A stretch of DNA of 64,000 nt from contig CAWKBC010000027.1 of the NCBI GenBank assembly GCA_963847705.1, forward strand, positions 96,001 through 160,000, in the 5' to 3' direction. The notes under the pieces are model-generated. The model saw only the letters and a program-made list of their open reading frames with translations, had not been told where the DNA came from and did no database searches. Shown piece after piece: positions 33,377 through 43,502 of the stretch. Position numbers and translations under genes: made by a program. Positions within the stretch are counted from its first letter, which is position 1. Each line of letters begins with the position of its first letter. This DNA is from an uncultured Pseudomonadota bacterium. Its GTDB lineage: Bacteria > Myxococcota_A > Polyangia > Fen-1088.

Positions 33377-34423
33377 CTAGTGATAGCCCTCGGCGTCGCC
33401 CGCGCCGAGCTTTCCGCGAAAGGTCCGGTAGAGGTGCGTGAACGTGATGGCGACCAGCACGAAGGCGATCGGCCACCAGCCGAGAGCCACGCCCATGGCG
33501 TAAGACCCCGTCGCCGCTGAAGCGATGGTCAGCGAGCGTGCCGGATCGCCCGTCGACGGCAGGAGCACCGGGAAGAGGGCGAAGGCCGCACCCCCCAGCA
33601 TCGACGCCAGGTAGGTGACCGACGCGAGAAAGGCTGTCTGTTCGCGGTGGCGCCGCACGGCGACCGCCATGACCGCCAGGCTGGAAGCGACCGCCAGCGG
33701 AATCAGCAACCCGATCGGATGCGAGCGGAAGTTGCTCAGGATGGAGGGACGTACGGCGACGGTGGCACCCAGGCTCGCCAGCGTCAGGACGGGCAGGAGA
33801 TAGGTTCCAAGGCGGGCGATGCGTCGAGTGCGTTCGTTCAAGTCGCCGCCGACACGGAGGGCCAGATAGTGGGCACCGTGGGTCGCGAGCGCGACGAGAG
33901 CCACCACCCCGCAGGTCACGGTGTACCAGTCGAGAACCCCGGGCTGCTCTCCGGTGCGGAAGTTGGTCCAGAGCGGCAAGAAGAACGTCCCGTCGGCATC
34001 GAGCGGGACGCCGCGGATCACGTTGCCGAGCGCCGCGCCGAAGAAGACCGGAAGCAGCAGGCTCGAGACCATGAAGACCGTGTCGCAGGCTTCGGCGAAG
34101 AGCTCGTCGCCGAGATGGGACCGTAGCTCGAGGCCCAGCGCGCGTCCGATCAGCAGCCACAGCACCATCATGAGCGGCAGATAGAACCCGCTGAAGCTCA
34201 CGGCGTAGAGCGCAGGGAACGCGAAGTAGAGCGTGCCGCCCGCCGCCAGCAACCACACCTCGTTGGCGTCCCAAACCGGTCCGATGCTGCGGCGGACGAG
34301 GTTGCGCTCTTCGGGGGTCTTGGCGACCCATTTGTAGATGGCGCCCACTCCGAGATCGAATCCGTCGAGCACGACGTAGGCGACCAGCATCAGCGCGACC
34401 AGGAGGAACCAGAAGTTGGCCAT
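33377..34423 (-). CDS. cydB: Cytochrome bd oxidase subunit II
   Basis: YVVLDGFDLGVG, IGPVWDANEVWL. Confidence 0.96.
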   Translation of the reverse strand: MANFWFLLVALMLVAYVVLDGFDLGVGAIYKWVAKTPEERNLVRRSIGPVWDANEVWLLAAGGTLYFAFPALYAVSFSGFYLPLMMVLWLLIGRALGLELRSHLGDELFAEACDTVFMVSSLLLPVFFGAALGNVIRGVPLDADGTFFLPLWTNFRTGEQPGVLDWYTVTCGVVALVALATHGAHYLALRVGGDLNERTRRIARLGTYLLPVLTLASLGATVAVRPSILSNFRSHPIGLLIPLAVASSLAVMAVAVRRHREQTAFLASVTYLASMLGGAAFALFPVLLPSTGDPARSLTIASAATGSYAMGVALGWWPIAFVLVAITFTHLYRTFRGKLGAGDAEGYH

Positions 34424-34433
34424 GGTGAGGTCC

Positions 34434-35819
34434 TTATTCCGCCGCCGCGACGGTGGGCGATGTGACGAGCACCCCGAGGTGGGGGGCAGCTTCCGCTGGA
34501 ATGCCCTTGGCGATGGCCTTCGTCATGATGAGGACGAAAGCGATCGACAGGAGCGCGTAGAGACCCATGAAACCGAGCAAGGAGAAGAGCGCGTTGCCGG
34601 CGGAGACCCGTTGAGAGCTTCCGGCCGCCGTGCGCATGAGGCCGTAGACGAGCCACGGCTGGCGCCCCACCTCCGCTGTCATCCACCCGGCCGTGTTCGC
34701 GATGTAGGGCAGGGGAACCGCCAGCACCAGCGCCCAGAGAAGGGGGCGCGCCGTCTCCAGACGGCCGCGGACGAGCCAGAAGAGGGCCAGCGCCATGAGG
34801 GCCATGAAGATCGTCCCGAGGCCAACCATCACGTGGTAGCTGTAGTAGAGGAGGCCGACGTTGTCGGGGCGGGCTTCGGGTGGAAACTGATCTAGGCCAG
34901 CGACGGAGGCACTCCAGCGCCGATGGGTGAGGATGCTCAACGCAGCCGGAACCTCCAGCGTGTTGTCGATCCGTCGCTCATCGGTGTTCGGCTGCCCAAC
35001 GAGTACGAGCGGTGCCCCCGGACGGGTCGCGAAGAGCCCCTCCATCGCGGCCAGCGTGGCGGGTTGATTGGTGGCGATGAGCTGGCCCTGGCGGTCGCCG
35101 GTGGGAAATAGCTGCCAGAGGCTGGCTAGTGCAGCCACCACGACGCCGGTTCGGAGGAGCGCCGTCGAAGCCTGCCGGTCATCGCCCGTCTTGGCGCGAA
35201 GAACGTAGTAGGCGCCGAGACCGGAGGTGGCGAAGGCGCCGGTCACCAAGGCGCCGCCCATGGTGTGCAGGTACTGCCAGAAGGCCCAGCGGTTCAGCAG
35301 CAGCGCCGACAAGCTCTGGAGCTGGACGGCGCCGTCGGGACCTACGGTGTAGCCGACGGGGTGCTGCATCCAGGCGTCGGTGGCCACGATGAAGTAGCCC
35401 GACAGCCATGACCCCGCGAAAACGGCGAACGCCGACGCCAGGTGGGCGCGCGGCGAGAGGCGCTTTTCGCCGAACAGGAACAGGCCCAGAAACGACGATT
35501 CGAGGAAGAAGGCGAACATCCCCTCCATCGCCAGCGTCTGTCCGATGACGCCGCCGGCGAACTTCGAGAAGCGCGCCCAGTTGGTGCCGAACTGGAACTC
35601 CATCGGGATCCCGGTGACGACCCCGAAGACAAAGTTGATGGCGAAGAGGCGCGCGAGCAGACGCGCCGCCTCGGCGTACCGCCGTTCGGGGTGGCGGAGT
35701 GCCAGCATCTTGAGGATCACGATCATGGGCGCGAGGCCCATCGTGAGCTGCGGAAAGAGGTAGTGGAAGGTGGCCGTGAAGGCGAAGTGCAAACGATGTA
35801 CGACGAGAGCGCTGTCCAT
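34434..35819 (-). CDS. cydA: Cytochrome bd oxidase subunit I, short Q-loop
   Basis: FHYLF, GIPMEFQFGTNW, YLHT, YHVMVGLG, GWMTAEVGRQPW. Confidence 0.97.
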   Translation of the reverse strand: MDSALVVHRLHFAFTATFHYLFPQLTMGLAPMIVILKMLALRHPERRYAEAARLLARLFAINFVFGVVTGIPMEFQFGTNWARFSKFAGGVIGQTLAMEGMFAFFLESSFLGLFLFGEKRLSPRAHLASAFAVFAGSWLSGYFIVATDAWMQHPVGYTVGPDGAVQLQSLSALLLNRWAFWQYLHTMGGALVTGAFATSGLGAYYVLRAKTGDDRQASTALLRTGVVVAALASLWQLFPTGDRQGQLIATNQPATLAAMEGLFATRPGAPLVLVGQPNTDERRIDNTLEVPAALSILTHRRWSASVAGLDQFPPEARPDNVGLLYYSYHVMVGLGTIFMALMALALFWLVRGRLETARPLLWALVLAVPLPYIANTAGWMTAEVGRQPWLVYGLMRTAAGSSQRVSAGNALFSLLGFMGLYALLSIAFVLIMTKAIAKGIPAEAAPHLGVLVTSPTVAAAE

Positions 35820-35843
35820 GTCGGTCCTTTCGGACGCTCTCTT

Positions 35844-35945
35844 TGCAAGAGCCGGGCTAAGGACAGACCGGCTTACGAAAGGGGGACTCTCTCGCGCAAA
35901 CGCGCAAACTCTGCGGTCCGGTCACGGCCGGGCGTCAAAACTGCG
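35844..35945 (-). promoter_or_regulatory. Non-canonical sigma54 motif of cydAB with tandem enhancer pair
   Basis: TAGCCCGGCTCTTGCA 35844-35859 (AG instead of GG); CGCA-AACTC-TGCG 35903-35915 and CGTC-AAAAC-TGCG 35933-35945. Confidence 0.6.
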
Positions 35946-35996
35946 TGCTCGGGGTTCGGGTGCTCCCACGACCAGTTCCGGCCGCCGGAACGATGG

Positions 35997-38516
35997 TCAA
36001 CGCTGCCAGGTGATGAGGGGCAATTCCGAGGGGATGCTGGCGATCTTCGATGCGGGAATGACCCGCGGGGTGCAGTCAGACACGGGTCTTCCGTTCGGGG
36101 TCATCGCGCGAAAGAGGAATCCATGGCTCGTGCCAGGCAGGGGCCCCGAGACGTCCATGGAAACACGGACAGGATCCAGGTTCGGCGCGAGCGGAGCGGC
36201 GAAGAGCTCTACCGCCACGTCGTCGAGCGCGACGTCGTTGAGAAAGACCTCGACGGAGATTTGCGCGCCGGTGTCGCGCGCCTGGACGTCCATCGCGCCG
36301 AACCGGATGCCCGCCCAGCAACTCGTCAGATGCCGGGTCCAGGATTCGAGCTCCCGGGCCGTTGCTCCGGCGTTCGCGAGCCGGGCACTGACTTCCACTT
36401 CCGCGGGATGGTAAAAACCAGTCACGTATTCGCGGAGCATTCGGTTCGCCGAAAATCGGGGGGTGAGCCGCGAGAGGCTGGCGCGAACGCGGCGCAGCCA
36501 GGCGCGTGGCAGGCCCTCGGCGTCGCGCTCGTAGAACGACGGAATGACTTCTTGCCGCAAGATGCGAAAGAGGGCGTCGGCGTCACGCTCGTCGTCACTG
36601 GCGGCATGCGGATCGCCGATCGCCCAACCCACCTCCGGCTCGTAGGCTTCTGCCCACCATCCGTCGAGCGCGGAGAGGTTGAGGCCGCCGTTGACCAGGA
36701 CCTTCATACCGCTGGTGCCGCAGGCCTCCCAAGGGCGCCTGGGTGTGTTGAGCCAAACGTCGACGCCCTGGACAAGCTCCTGCGCCAGGGACAGATCGTA
36801 GTCTTCTAAGAAGACGCAGCGCATACGGACCTCGGGCTTCGAGACGAAGCGCATCCAGGCTTCGATGAGCGCCTTGCCTTCATCGTCCGCAGGGTGTGCC
36901 TTGCCAGCGATCAAGATTTGAACTGGTCGCAGCTGATCTCCCAGGAGACGCTGCAGCTCCGGTTCGTTTCGCAAGAGGAGATTGGGTCGCTTGTACTCGG
37001 CAAAGCGGCGGGCGAACCCGACCGTGAGAACGTCGGGATCGAGAACCCGGGCGGCGACCTCGACATTCTCTGGCGGGGCACCTCGGCGAGCGAGCTGGTC
37101 CTTGAGGCGTCCCCGCGCCCGATGGATCAAATCCTCTCTGGCGCGGGCTCGTACGGCCCACAGCGTGCGATCGTCGACCGCAGCAATGGCCGCCTCGAGT
37201 CCCTCGGCTGCTCCGCGCCAGCGGTCCGCGCCGCAGGCATGGGTCCACAGCTCATCTGTCGCCGGTGAGTCCCACGACGGAACGTGAACTCCATTCGTAA
37301 CGTGCCGGATCGGGATCTCCTCCTTGGGCCAGCGGGGAAAGAACGACCGGAAAACCTCTCGGCTGGTCTCAGCGTGCAGCGCGCTCACCGCGTTGACGCG
37401 TGTCGCTCCATGCATCGCGAGGTAACTCGGTCGAAAGGGCTCTTCGGGTCCGGCTCCAGGCGCGCGCCCGAGCGCCAGCAGCTCCTCGAAGGTGATGCCG
37501 AGCTCGGCCAGGTAACCTCGGTCGGCCGGAAAATACTTTGCCACAATCTGAGATGCGAAGGCATCGAAGCCGGCCGCGACCGGCGTGTGCGTCGTGAAGA
37601 CGTTGCCGGCGCGGGTGGCGGCCAGCGCCCCTCTGAACGAGAGGTTGTGTCTCTTCATCGCCGAGCGTGCGCGCTCGAGGATTGCAAAGGCGGCGTGTCC
37701 TTCGTTGAGGTGCGCGGCGCCTGGCTCGATGCCCATCGCGTCGATGAGACGCCAGCCGCCGATCCCGAGCGCCATTTCCTGACGGAGGCGCATCTCAGGG
37801 CCGTCGCCGTAGAGCTTGCCGGTGATGCCGCGATCGACCGGATCGTTGACGGGGACATTGCCGTCGAGGAGATAGAGGGTCACGCGTCCGACGGTTGCTC
37901 GCCAAGCGCGCAACCAGAAAGTTCTGCCCGGCAATTCCACGGGGACCATCAGCCATTCGCCGGACGGAGCCAGCGCTGGTTGGATGGGGAGCGTGACCGG
38001 GTCGTTGTAGGGGTAGAGCTCCTCCTGGCGGCCGGCCGCATCGATAGCCTGGCGAAAGTAGCCTTCCTGGTAGAGCAGCCCGATTGCGACCAGCGGCACT
38101 CCGAGATCGCTGGCCGCCTTCAGGTGATCGCCGGCCAACACACCGAGACCCCCGGCATAAAGTGGAATCGCCTCTCCGAGACCGAACTCCAGGCTGAAGT
38201 ACGCCACTGGGCGCGCGAGATCGCCAATTCCCCCGTCGAGCGCCGGCGGCGAGGCCAGATACGCTTTTCGGACCGCCACAATTCGATCGAGGTCCTGCCG
38301 AAAGGTCGGATCGGCAGCGACGGCCTCGAGCCGTTCGCGCGGGAGATCCCGCAAAAGCAGCCAGGGATTGCCGGTCGCCTCCCAAGTGACGGAATCGAGC
38401 GCTCGCCAGAGGTGGTCGGCGTCGTGACTCCAGGTCCAGCGCAGATCGAGCGCCAATTCTGCGAGCGACTCCAGCCCTTCTGGCAGATCGGGAGGTGAGA
38501 ATGCGTCTTGGCTCAT
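35997..38516 (-). CDS. glgP: Alpha-glucan (glycogen) phosphorylase
   Basis: AYFSLEFG, YAGGLGVLAGD, HLNEGH, FARRFAEYKR, EACGTSGMK (PLP Lys). Confidence 0.97.
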   Translation of the reverse strand: MSQDAFSPPDLPEGLESLAELALDLRWTWSHDADHLWRALDSVTWEATGNPWLLLRDLPRERLEAVAADPTFRQDLDRIVAVRKAYLASPPALDGGIGDLARPVAYFSLEFGLGEAIPLYAGGLGVLAGDHLKAASDLGVPLVAIGLLYQEGYFRQAIDAAGRQEELYPYNDPVTLPIQPALAPSGEWLMVPVELPGRTFWLRAWRATVGRVTLYLLDGNVPVNDPVDRGITGKLYGDGPEMRLRQEMALGIGGWRLIDAMGIEPGAAHLNEGHAAFAILERARSAMKRHNLSFRGALAATRAGNVFTTHTPVAAGFDAFASQIVAKYFPADRGYLAELGITFEELLALGRAPGAGPEEPFRPSYLAMHGATRVNAVSALHAETSREVFRSFFPRWPKEEIPIRHVTNGVHVPSWDSPATDELWTHACGADRWRGAAEGLEAAIAAVDDRTLWAVRARAREDLIHRARGRLKDQLARRGAPPENVEVAARVLDPDVLTVGFARRFAEYKRPNLLLRNEPELQRLLGDQLRPVQILIAGKAHPADDEGKALIEAWMRFVSKPEVRMRCVFLEDYDLSLAQELVQGVDVWLNTPRRPWEACGTSGMKVLVNGGLNLSALDGWWAEAYEPEVGWAIGDPHAASDDERDADALFRILRQEVIPSFYERDAEGLPRAWLRRVRASLSRLTPRFSANRMLREYVTGFYHPAEVEVSARLANAGATARELESWTRHLTSCWAGIRFGAMDVQARDTGAQISVEVFLNDVALDDVAVELFAAPLAPNLDPVRVSMDVSGPLPGTSHGFLFRAMTPNGRPVSDCTPRVIPASKIASIPSELPLITWQR

Positions 38517-39160
38517 CTCCGCGCGTCGGGGGAAGCTGTCCCGGCCTCAGTGTCGAGCTCGGAACGAAGAACCTCGACCTTCGCGATGATCTCCACCTCG
38601 TCACCGACGACCAGGCCGCCGACGTCGAGATCCTGATTCCAGTGCAGACCGAATGACTGGCGGTCAATCACGCCCCGAGCGGTGTAGAAGGTCCGCTCTC
38701 GGCCAGCGGAATCCTCCATCGTCTCGCCGACCTCCACCTCGGCGCGAATCTCGACGTCGTGGACGACGCCGTGCATGCTCAAGAGCCCCTCGACGACGAC
38801 CTGTCCGTCGGGGATGGCGACGTTCGTGCTCTTGAATTCCGCGCGTGGAAACCGTGCCACGTCCAGGAATTCGCTGGAACGGACGTGGGCATCGCGTTCG
38901 GGATCGTCCGTCGTGACGCTGGTCAGGTCGACCCAGACTTGCACACTCGACAGCCACGGCTGCCGGCGGTCGATGAAGAGAGTTCCCCCCCATCGTTCGA
39001 AGCGACCTCGGATCTGCTGGACGACGATGTGGCGGAGGTTGAAGGTCAGGCTCGACCGGGCGGGATCGATCTCCCACCGCTCCGACCGAGAATTATCGGC
39101 GCTCCCGTCGACACCCGCCGAAGCGCCACCGCGACGATCATTCATGGTGTTCATGGTCAT
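38513..39160 (-). CDS. YceI family protein (cytoplasmic)
   Basis: WEIDPARSSLTFNLRH, RDAHVRSSEFLD, LSMHGV, LVVGDEV; start is one of the ATGs at 39145-39160. Confidence 0.9.
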   Translation of the reverse strand: MTMNTMNDRRGGASAGVDGSADNSRSERWEIDPARSSLTFNLRHIVVQQIRGRFERWGGTLFIDRRQPWLSSVQVWVDLTSVTTDDPERDAHVRSSEFLDVARFPRAEFKSTNVAIPDGQVVVEGLLSMHGVVHDVEIRAEVEVGETMEDSAGRERTFYTARGVIDRQSFGLHWNQDLDVGGLVVGDEVEIIAKVEVLRSELDTEAGTASPDARR

Positions 39161-39166
39161 CGGGGC

Positions 39167-39255
39167 TGCAGGATGAATGCCAGCAACAATTCGCGCCGGC
39201 ACGCTTTCGATCGCGCAAGGAATGCGGACCACCGCGTGACGGCGCAACCTTTTCG
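39167..39255 (-). promoter_or_regulatory. sigma54 promoter of yceI-glgP with tandem enhancer pair
   Basis: TGGCATTCATCCTGCA 39167-39182; CGCA-AGGAA-TGCG 39214-39226 and CGCA-ACCTT-TTCG 39243-39255. Confidence 0.75.
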
Positions 39256-39310
39256 CGATCCGATGAGCAGAAGCCGTCCGCAGGTCCACCCTGCATGGTA
39301 GCGTGACGCC

Positions 39311-40480
39311 GTGTTCAGGACTTTTCGCGAAAACGTGAACGCTTACGTCGGCTTCGACGCCGCTGCCACCGAGTCCCTCCGCGAAGCGCATCCGTTGGTC
39401 GCGCCGCGTTTTGGCGCGATCATCGACGACTTCTACGCGACCATCGAAGCGCATCCCAACGCGCGCGCCGCCATCACCGGCGGGGCCGCTCAGATTGCCA
39501 GGCTCAAGCAGTCTCTCTTGCGCTGGATCGACGAGCTATTCAAGGGGCCGCACGACAACGCCTACTTCGACCGCCGCGCCCGCATCGGGCGGGTTCACGT
39601 TCAGATCAACCTTCCGCAGATGTACATGTTCACAGCGATGGATCGCATCCGCCTTCGATCGGCCGATGCGCTCCGAGAGGCGCCCGGGGTCGCCCCCGAG
39701 AAGCTGAACCGGATGCTGGCGGCCCTGCATCAGATCCTGGACATCGAGCTCGCGATCATGCTCGAGACGTACCGGGACGACCTTCTGACGAAGAACCGGA
39801 CCGCTGAGCGGTTGGCGACCATCGGACAGTTCGCCGCGGGCATCGGGCACGAGCTTCGCAATCCGCTCGGGGTCGTCGAGAGCTCGGCGTATCTCGTGAC
39901 TCAGCGTCTCGAGCAGCTCAGCGTGTCCGATCCCCGGGTGGCGCGCCACATGGAGAAGATCACGACGGAGGTCCAGAGGTCCGGTAGGACGATCAACGAC
40001 CTTCTGGAGCTCGCGCGGAACAAGCCGCCCAAGCGGCGTGTCGTCGATTGTCGTCAGTTCGTCTTGGATGCTGTCCCCGCTGCCCACCTCGATCCGGGCG
40101 TCGAGGTCATCGTCGAGGTTCCCGCCGGTCTGCCGCTCGATGCGGATCCCGATCAGCTCACCCGCGTCATCACGAACCTGTGCATCAACGCGAGTCAGGC
40201 GATGAACGCCAAAGGCCACATCTGGATCGACGCCTGGCGAGAAGGTGCGGCGACGGTTCTGCGTGTCCGCGACGAAGGACCAGGCGTTCCGTCGAACCTG
40301 CAGGTGCAGGTGTTCGAGGCGCTCTTCACCACGAAGGCGAAGGGGAGTGGGCTCGGCCTGGCGCTTTGCAGGCGCATCGCCGAGGCGCACGGTGGAACCG
40401 TCTCGCTGGAGCCGTCGGAGCAAGGAGCCGCGTTCCGAATCACCGTTCCGGACGCAACGCACGCGGGCGTCGAGAGATAG
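39311..40480 (+). CDS. Globin-coupled histidine kinase, copy 2
   Basis: YVGF...DDFY...RIGRVHVQINLPQ...GHELRNPLG; clear paralog of 29602-30783. Confidence 0.93.
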   Translation: MFRTFRENVNAYVGFDAAATESLREAHPLVAPRFGAIIDDFYATIEAHPNARAAITGGAAQIARLKQSLLRWIDELFKGPHDNAYFDRRARIGRVHVQINLPQMYMFTAMDRIRLRSADALREAPGVAPEKLNRMLAALHQILDIELAIMLETYRDDLLTKNRTAERLATIGQFAAGIGHELRNPLGVVESSAYLVTQRLEQLSVSDPRVARHMEKITTEVQRSGRTINDLLELARNKPPKRRVVDCRQFVLDAVPAAHLDPGVEVIVEVPAGLPLDADPDQLTRVITNLCINASQAMNAKGHIWIDAWREGAATVLRVRDEGPGVPSNLQVQVFEALFTTKAKGSGLGLALCRRIAEAHGGTVSLEPSEQGAAFRITVPDATHAGVER

Positions 40481-40490
40481 GCCGTGGCGT

Positions 40491-41243
40491 CTACCAGACG
40501 GTCTCGAGAATCGCGAGCCCCAGTCCCGCCAGTAAGCCGAGAATGGCCCGTGATCGGGATTCGCTTCGACTGGCACTCCCTAGAAAGACGGTCGGCATCA
40601 GGTCGGCTAAGGCGATGTAAAGGAACGTTCCGGCCGCGATGCCGAGCGCGAGTCCCGAGACCTGCTTCCAGGCGGCCGCCGACAGGAGCGTCAGGGCCGC
40701 GCCGATGCCGGCGGTCAGTTGTACACCTGTCATCGCGACGAGCGCCTGTGTCCTGGTGAGAGCGGAGTTCCGCAGCAATACATAGTCGGCCAGCTCTTCC
40801 GGCACTTCGTGAGCGATGACGGCGATGGCGGTAATGACGCCGAGGCGTCCGGAGATCAAGAATGAAGCCGCGATCGCCGCGCCGTCCGCGGCGTTGTGAA
40901 AGGCATCTGCTCCGAGCAGCATAGCGGCGAGTCGACCACCCTTCAGGCTCTCTCGTCTGCGTCGTCCCAGTGCCCACTCGAGCGAGGCCATCACGGCTAG
41001 ACTTCCAATGACCGCGGCGACGACTGCAGCGTGGGACGCTCCGGCAAAGGCCTCCGGGAGAAGATCGAGAAACGTGGTTCCGACCAGTACGCCGGTGGCG
41101 AACCCGACCAGGGCCATCCGGCTCTGATCGAGCCGCCGCTCGGGCACCAGCGCGCCGGCCAGCCCGGCGCACCCGTCCGCCACGACGGCAGCGGTTACGT
41201 AGACGATGGTGCGGAACATCAGCGGATGCCCTTCACCGCGCAC
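40491..41243 (-). CDS. ZIP family metal transporter
   Basis: FLDLLPEA, DAFHNAADG, AHEVPEELAD, GTFLYIALADL; start may be the ATG near 41219. Confidence 0.92.
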   Translation of the reverse strand: MRGEGHPLMFRTIVYVTAAVVADGCAGLAGALVPERRLDQSRMALVGFATGVLVGTTFLDLLPEAFAGASHAAVVAAVIGSLAVMASLEWALGRRRRESLKGGRLAAMLLGADAFHNAADGAAIAASFLISGRLGVITAIAVIAHEVPEELADYVLLRNSALTRTQALVAMTGVQLTAGIGAALTLLSAAAWKQVSGLALGIAAGTFLYIALADLMPTVFLGSASRSESRSRAILGLLAGLGLAILETVW

Positions 41244-41328
41244 CAGCGCTTGCCGGGGTTGGCATTCGATCTGGGGTCAGGTCTGCGGCGGGCATGTCGA
41301 TCCCCATGGCGACAGAACCAGGTGACTG

Positions 41329-41372
41329 CGCAAAACCTGCATGGCCTGGGCTCGTCCGGCGCAAGGTTAACG
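41329..41372. promoter_or_regulatory. Tandem enhancer pair upstream of the ZIP gene
   Basis: CGCA-AAACC-TGCA 41329-41341 and CGCA-AGGTT-AACG 41360-41372; only a weak sigma54-like motif (41291-41306). Confidence 0.45.
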
Positions 41373-41804
41373 CGTCGATGTCATCTCCCACTCGAAGTAG
41401 CGGCGGGCGAAGCGGACGAAATCTGCTTCGGTGACGATCCCGACCAACTTGCCGCCCTCCATCACCGGAAGACAGCCGAGCTTGAAGGTTTCCAGCAGGC
41501 GGGCCGCTTCAGCCGCCGTCGTCGCCGGGTCGACGGTCAGAACGTCCTTCTCCATGACCATCTCGACCGGCACCTCACGCTCCACGTCGCCACGGGATTC
41601 CTCGTTTGGGTGCCCGTGACTGACCCAGGACTCGAGGATCCTTCGGTGGGTGATGAGGCCGACCAGGTGTTCGTTGCCGTCCACCACCGGAAGGTGGCGG
41701 ATCCGACCTCGCGCGATCTGCCTTCGAGCCGCGGCCAGCGTATCGCCTATTCCCAACACCTCGACCACACCCGTCATGATCTCTTTCACCGTTGTGGTCG
41801 CCAT
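41367..41804 (-). CDS. CBS domain pair protein
   Basis: VKEIMT, IRHLPVVD, LGCLPV...LVGIVTEADF. Confidence 0.92.
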   Translation of the reverse strand: MATTTVKEIMTGVVEVLGIGDTLAAARRQIARGRIRHLPVVDGNEHLVGLITHRRILESWVSHGHPNEESRGDVEREVPVEMVMEKDVLTVDPATTAAEAARLLETFKLGCLPVMEGGKLVGIVTEADFVRFARRYFEWEMTSTR

Positions 41805-41817
41805 GGGATGAGGCGAA

Positions 41818-41865
41818 AGCAAGGACGATGCCGCTCGCGCTCCCTTGCCTGGCATGACGGATGCT
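41818..41865. promoter_or_regulatory. Back-to-back sigma54 promoters
   Basis: (-) CGGCATCGTCCTTGCT 41818-41833; (+) TGGCATGACGGATGCT 41850-41865. Confidence 0.65.
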
Positions 41866-41892
41866 CGATGTGCGGTGAGGAAGGAGCAAGCC

Positions 41893-42378
41893 ATGAAAGA
41901 GATCGGATGGTCGGCGCCCTCGCAGCCAGTTGATGCCGGCACCGCCAGGAGAGGAATTCTATGGCAGCACGAGCGCCTGCGAGCGCTGCTCGGCAGGGCG
42001 CAGGTCGTGGCCGAGTCATGCCTCGACGGCCAGCCCTCCGCGCCGGACGCCGTGGCCTGCGCGATCGGGGACATCCATTCGGCGATGGAGGTTCACCTGA
42101 AGTTCGAGGAGGCCGTCCTCTTGCCACTCCTGCGCGACGACCTTCCGATCGGGCCGGAGCGCGCCGACCGGCTACTCGAGGAGCATCTCCAGCAACGAGC
42201 CACGCTGGCCGCGCTTCACAGAGAGGCTGCCGCACATCCCGACCTACCGCTGCTCGCCAGCAAGCTGGCGGCGCTGACCTCCTGGCTGCTCGCCGACATG
42301 GTCGAGGAAGAGTGCTCGCTGCTGAATCCGGACTCGGTTCGCGACGACCTCGTCGTCATCGACCAGAATTCTGGGTAG
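41893..42378 (+). CDS. Hemerythrin-like domain protein
   Basis: QH, HLKFEE, EH, DMVEEE (last His replaced by Asp); AAGGAG RBS. Confidence 0.8.
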   Translation: MKEIGWSAPSQPVDAGTARRGILWQHERLRALLGRAQVVAESCLDGQPSAPDAVACAIGDIHSAMEVHLKFEEAVLLPLLRDDLPIGPERADRLLEEHLQQRATLAALHREAAAHPDLPLLASKLAALTSWLLADMVEEECSLLNPDSVRDDLVVIDQNSG

Positions 42379-42387
42379 CGGCGTCGG

Positions 42388-42707
42388 CGTTGCTCGGCAA
42401 CCTCGGCTCGCTCGACATGGGGAGCTCGGGGCCGTTCCGGGGGTACCTGGGCGATCCGACGGAGGGCCCGTTTCAAGGAGAGTCGCATGACGGGGAGCGA
42501 GGTGCAGGAGGTCGGCGGCCTCTACATCAGCAGCTCGGACCTCTATAACCCAAGGTCTTCAACGTCGAGATGGACGCTCACGAGGACGTCAATCTGGGCG
42601 GCGTCTATTCGTGGCCGGGCGAGCTCGGGATGAAGGCGTACGTCGATTCGATCAAGAAGTACCCCAATCCGGCCGCCCCCAACGTGACCCGCTTTTCGAG
42701 CCACTGA
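42388..42707 (+). pseudogene. Arylsulfatase remnant with internal deletion and frameshift
   Basis: GSSGPFRGYLGDPTEG matches the sulfatase GPFRGxxGxxxEG motif; downstream frames give PKVFNVEMDAHED...KKYPNPAAPNVTRF*, a sulfatase-like C-terminus. Confidence 0.55.
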
Positions 42708-42713
42708 GGCAGA

Positions 42714-43385
42714 TCAGGACGTCGGCTGGGTGGCCACCATATCGAAGGAGAGGGTGACCACGTCTCTGATGCCGACGCTGCCGCTGACAAAGGAGAACGG
42801 TGTGATCTTGAAGTCGGTCTGGCGGATCTCGAATACGCCGATGGCGTGCAGGGTCCCCGCCTCCACGGAGACGCGCGCCGGGATCGTCACCTGGCGCTTG
42901 ACGCCGTGGAGCTTGAGCTCGCCCGTGAGGCGCTCGTCGTAGGTGCCGTCTCCGCGGCGTTCGGAAGTCACGCTGCGGCTTTTGAAGACAATGTCAGGAT
43001 ATTTCGCCGTCTCGAGGACGTCTTCGCGCAGGGCGGACTCGATGGACTGCCGGGCGCCGATGTCGTTCTCGCCCAGAAGGTGGAGTGAGCTCGCCTTCAC
43101 CGTCAGCGCCAGAGAAGCGCCTCGCCCCTCGTTGCGCGTGAAGGTGGCCTGGCCGCTGAAGTCACGGGCCTCGATCTTGTGATCGTGCGCGAACATGGCC
43201 GAGAGACCGGTGGTCTGCGTCTCGATGATGAAGCGACTCTTCTTGGCATCGACCTGGTACGACCCCTTCGAGGGCGGCGACGGCGACGCCTGCTTGTCCG
43301 GATTGGGTTGTCCGAAACTGGAGGATCCGATCCCGCCGGTGAGGCAGGCGAGGGCGACGAGGAAGAACCGATGGTTGTTTTTCAT
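42714..43385 (-). CDS. Exported YceI family protein
   Basis: Signal peptide, VLETAKYPDIVFKS, GELKLHGVKR, RQTDFKITP. Confidence 0.88.
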   Translation of the reverse strand: MKNNHRFFLVALACLTGGIGSSSFGQPNPDKQASPSPPSKGSYQVDAKKSRFIIETQTTGLSAMFAHDHKIEARDFSGQATFTRNEGRGASLALTVKASSLHLLGENDIGARQSIESALREDVLETAKYPDIVFKSRSVTSERRGDGTYDERLTGELKLHGVKRQVTIPARVSVEAGTLHAIGVFEIRQTDFKITPFSFVSGSVGIRDVVTLSFDMVATQPTS

Positions 43386-43397
43386 GTTCCGGCGTTT

Positions 43398-43489
43398 TGC
43401 AGCTCCAGTGCCAACCGCGATCTCGGTTCATTTCGCGTCCGGGGGGCGCACGATCTGCGCTCGTGAGCACGACGCGCGCAAAACTTGCG
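43398..43489 (-). promoter_or_regulatory. sigma54 promoter with two perfect enhancer palindromes
   Basis: TGGCACTGGAGCTGCA 43398-43413; CGCA-CGATC-TGCG 43447-43459 and CGCA-AAACT-TGCG 43477-43489. Confidence 0.8.
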
Positions 43490-43502
43490 GGCGGGACCGG
43501 GC

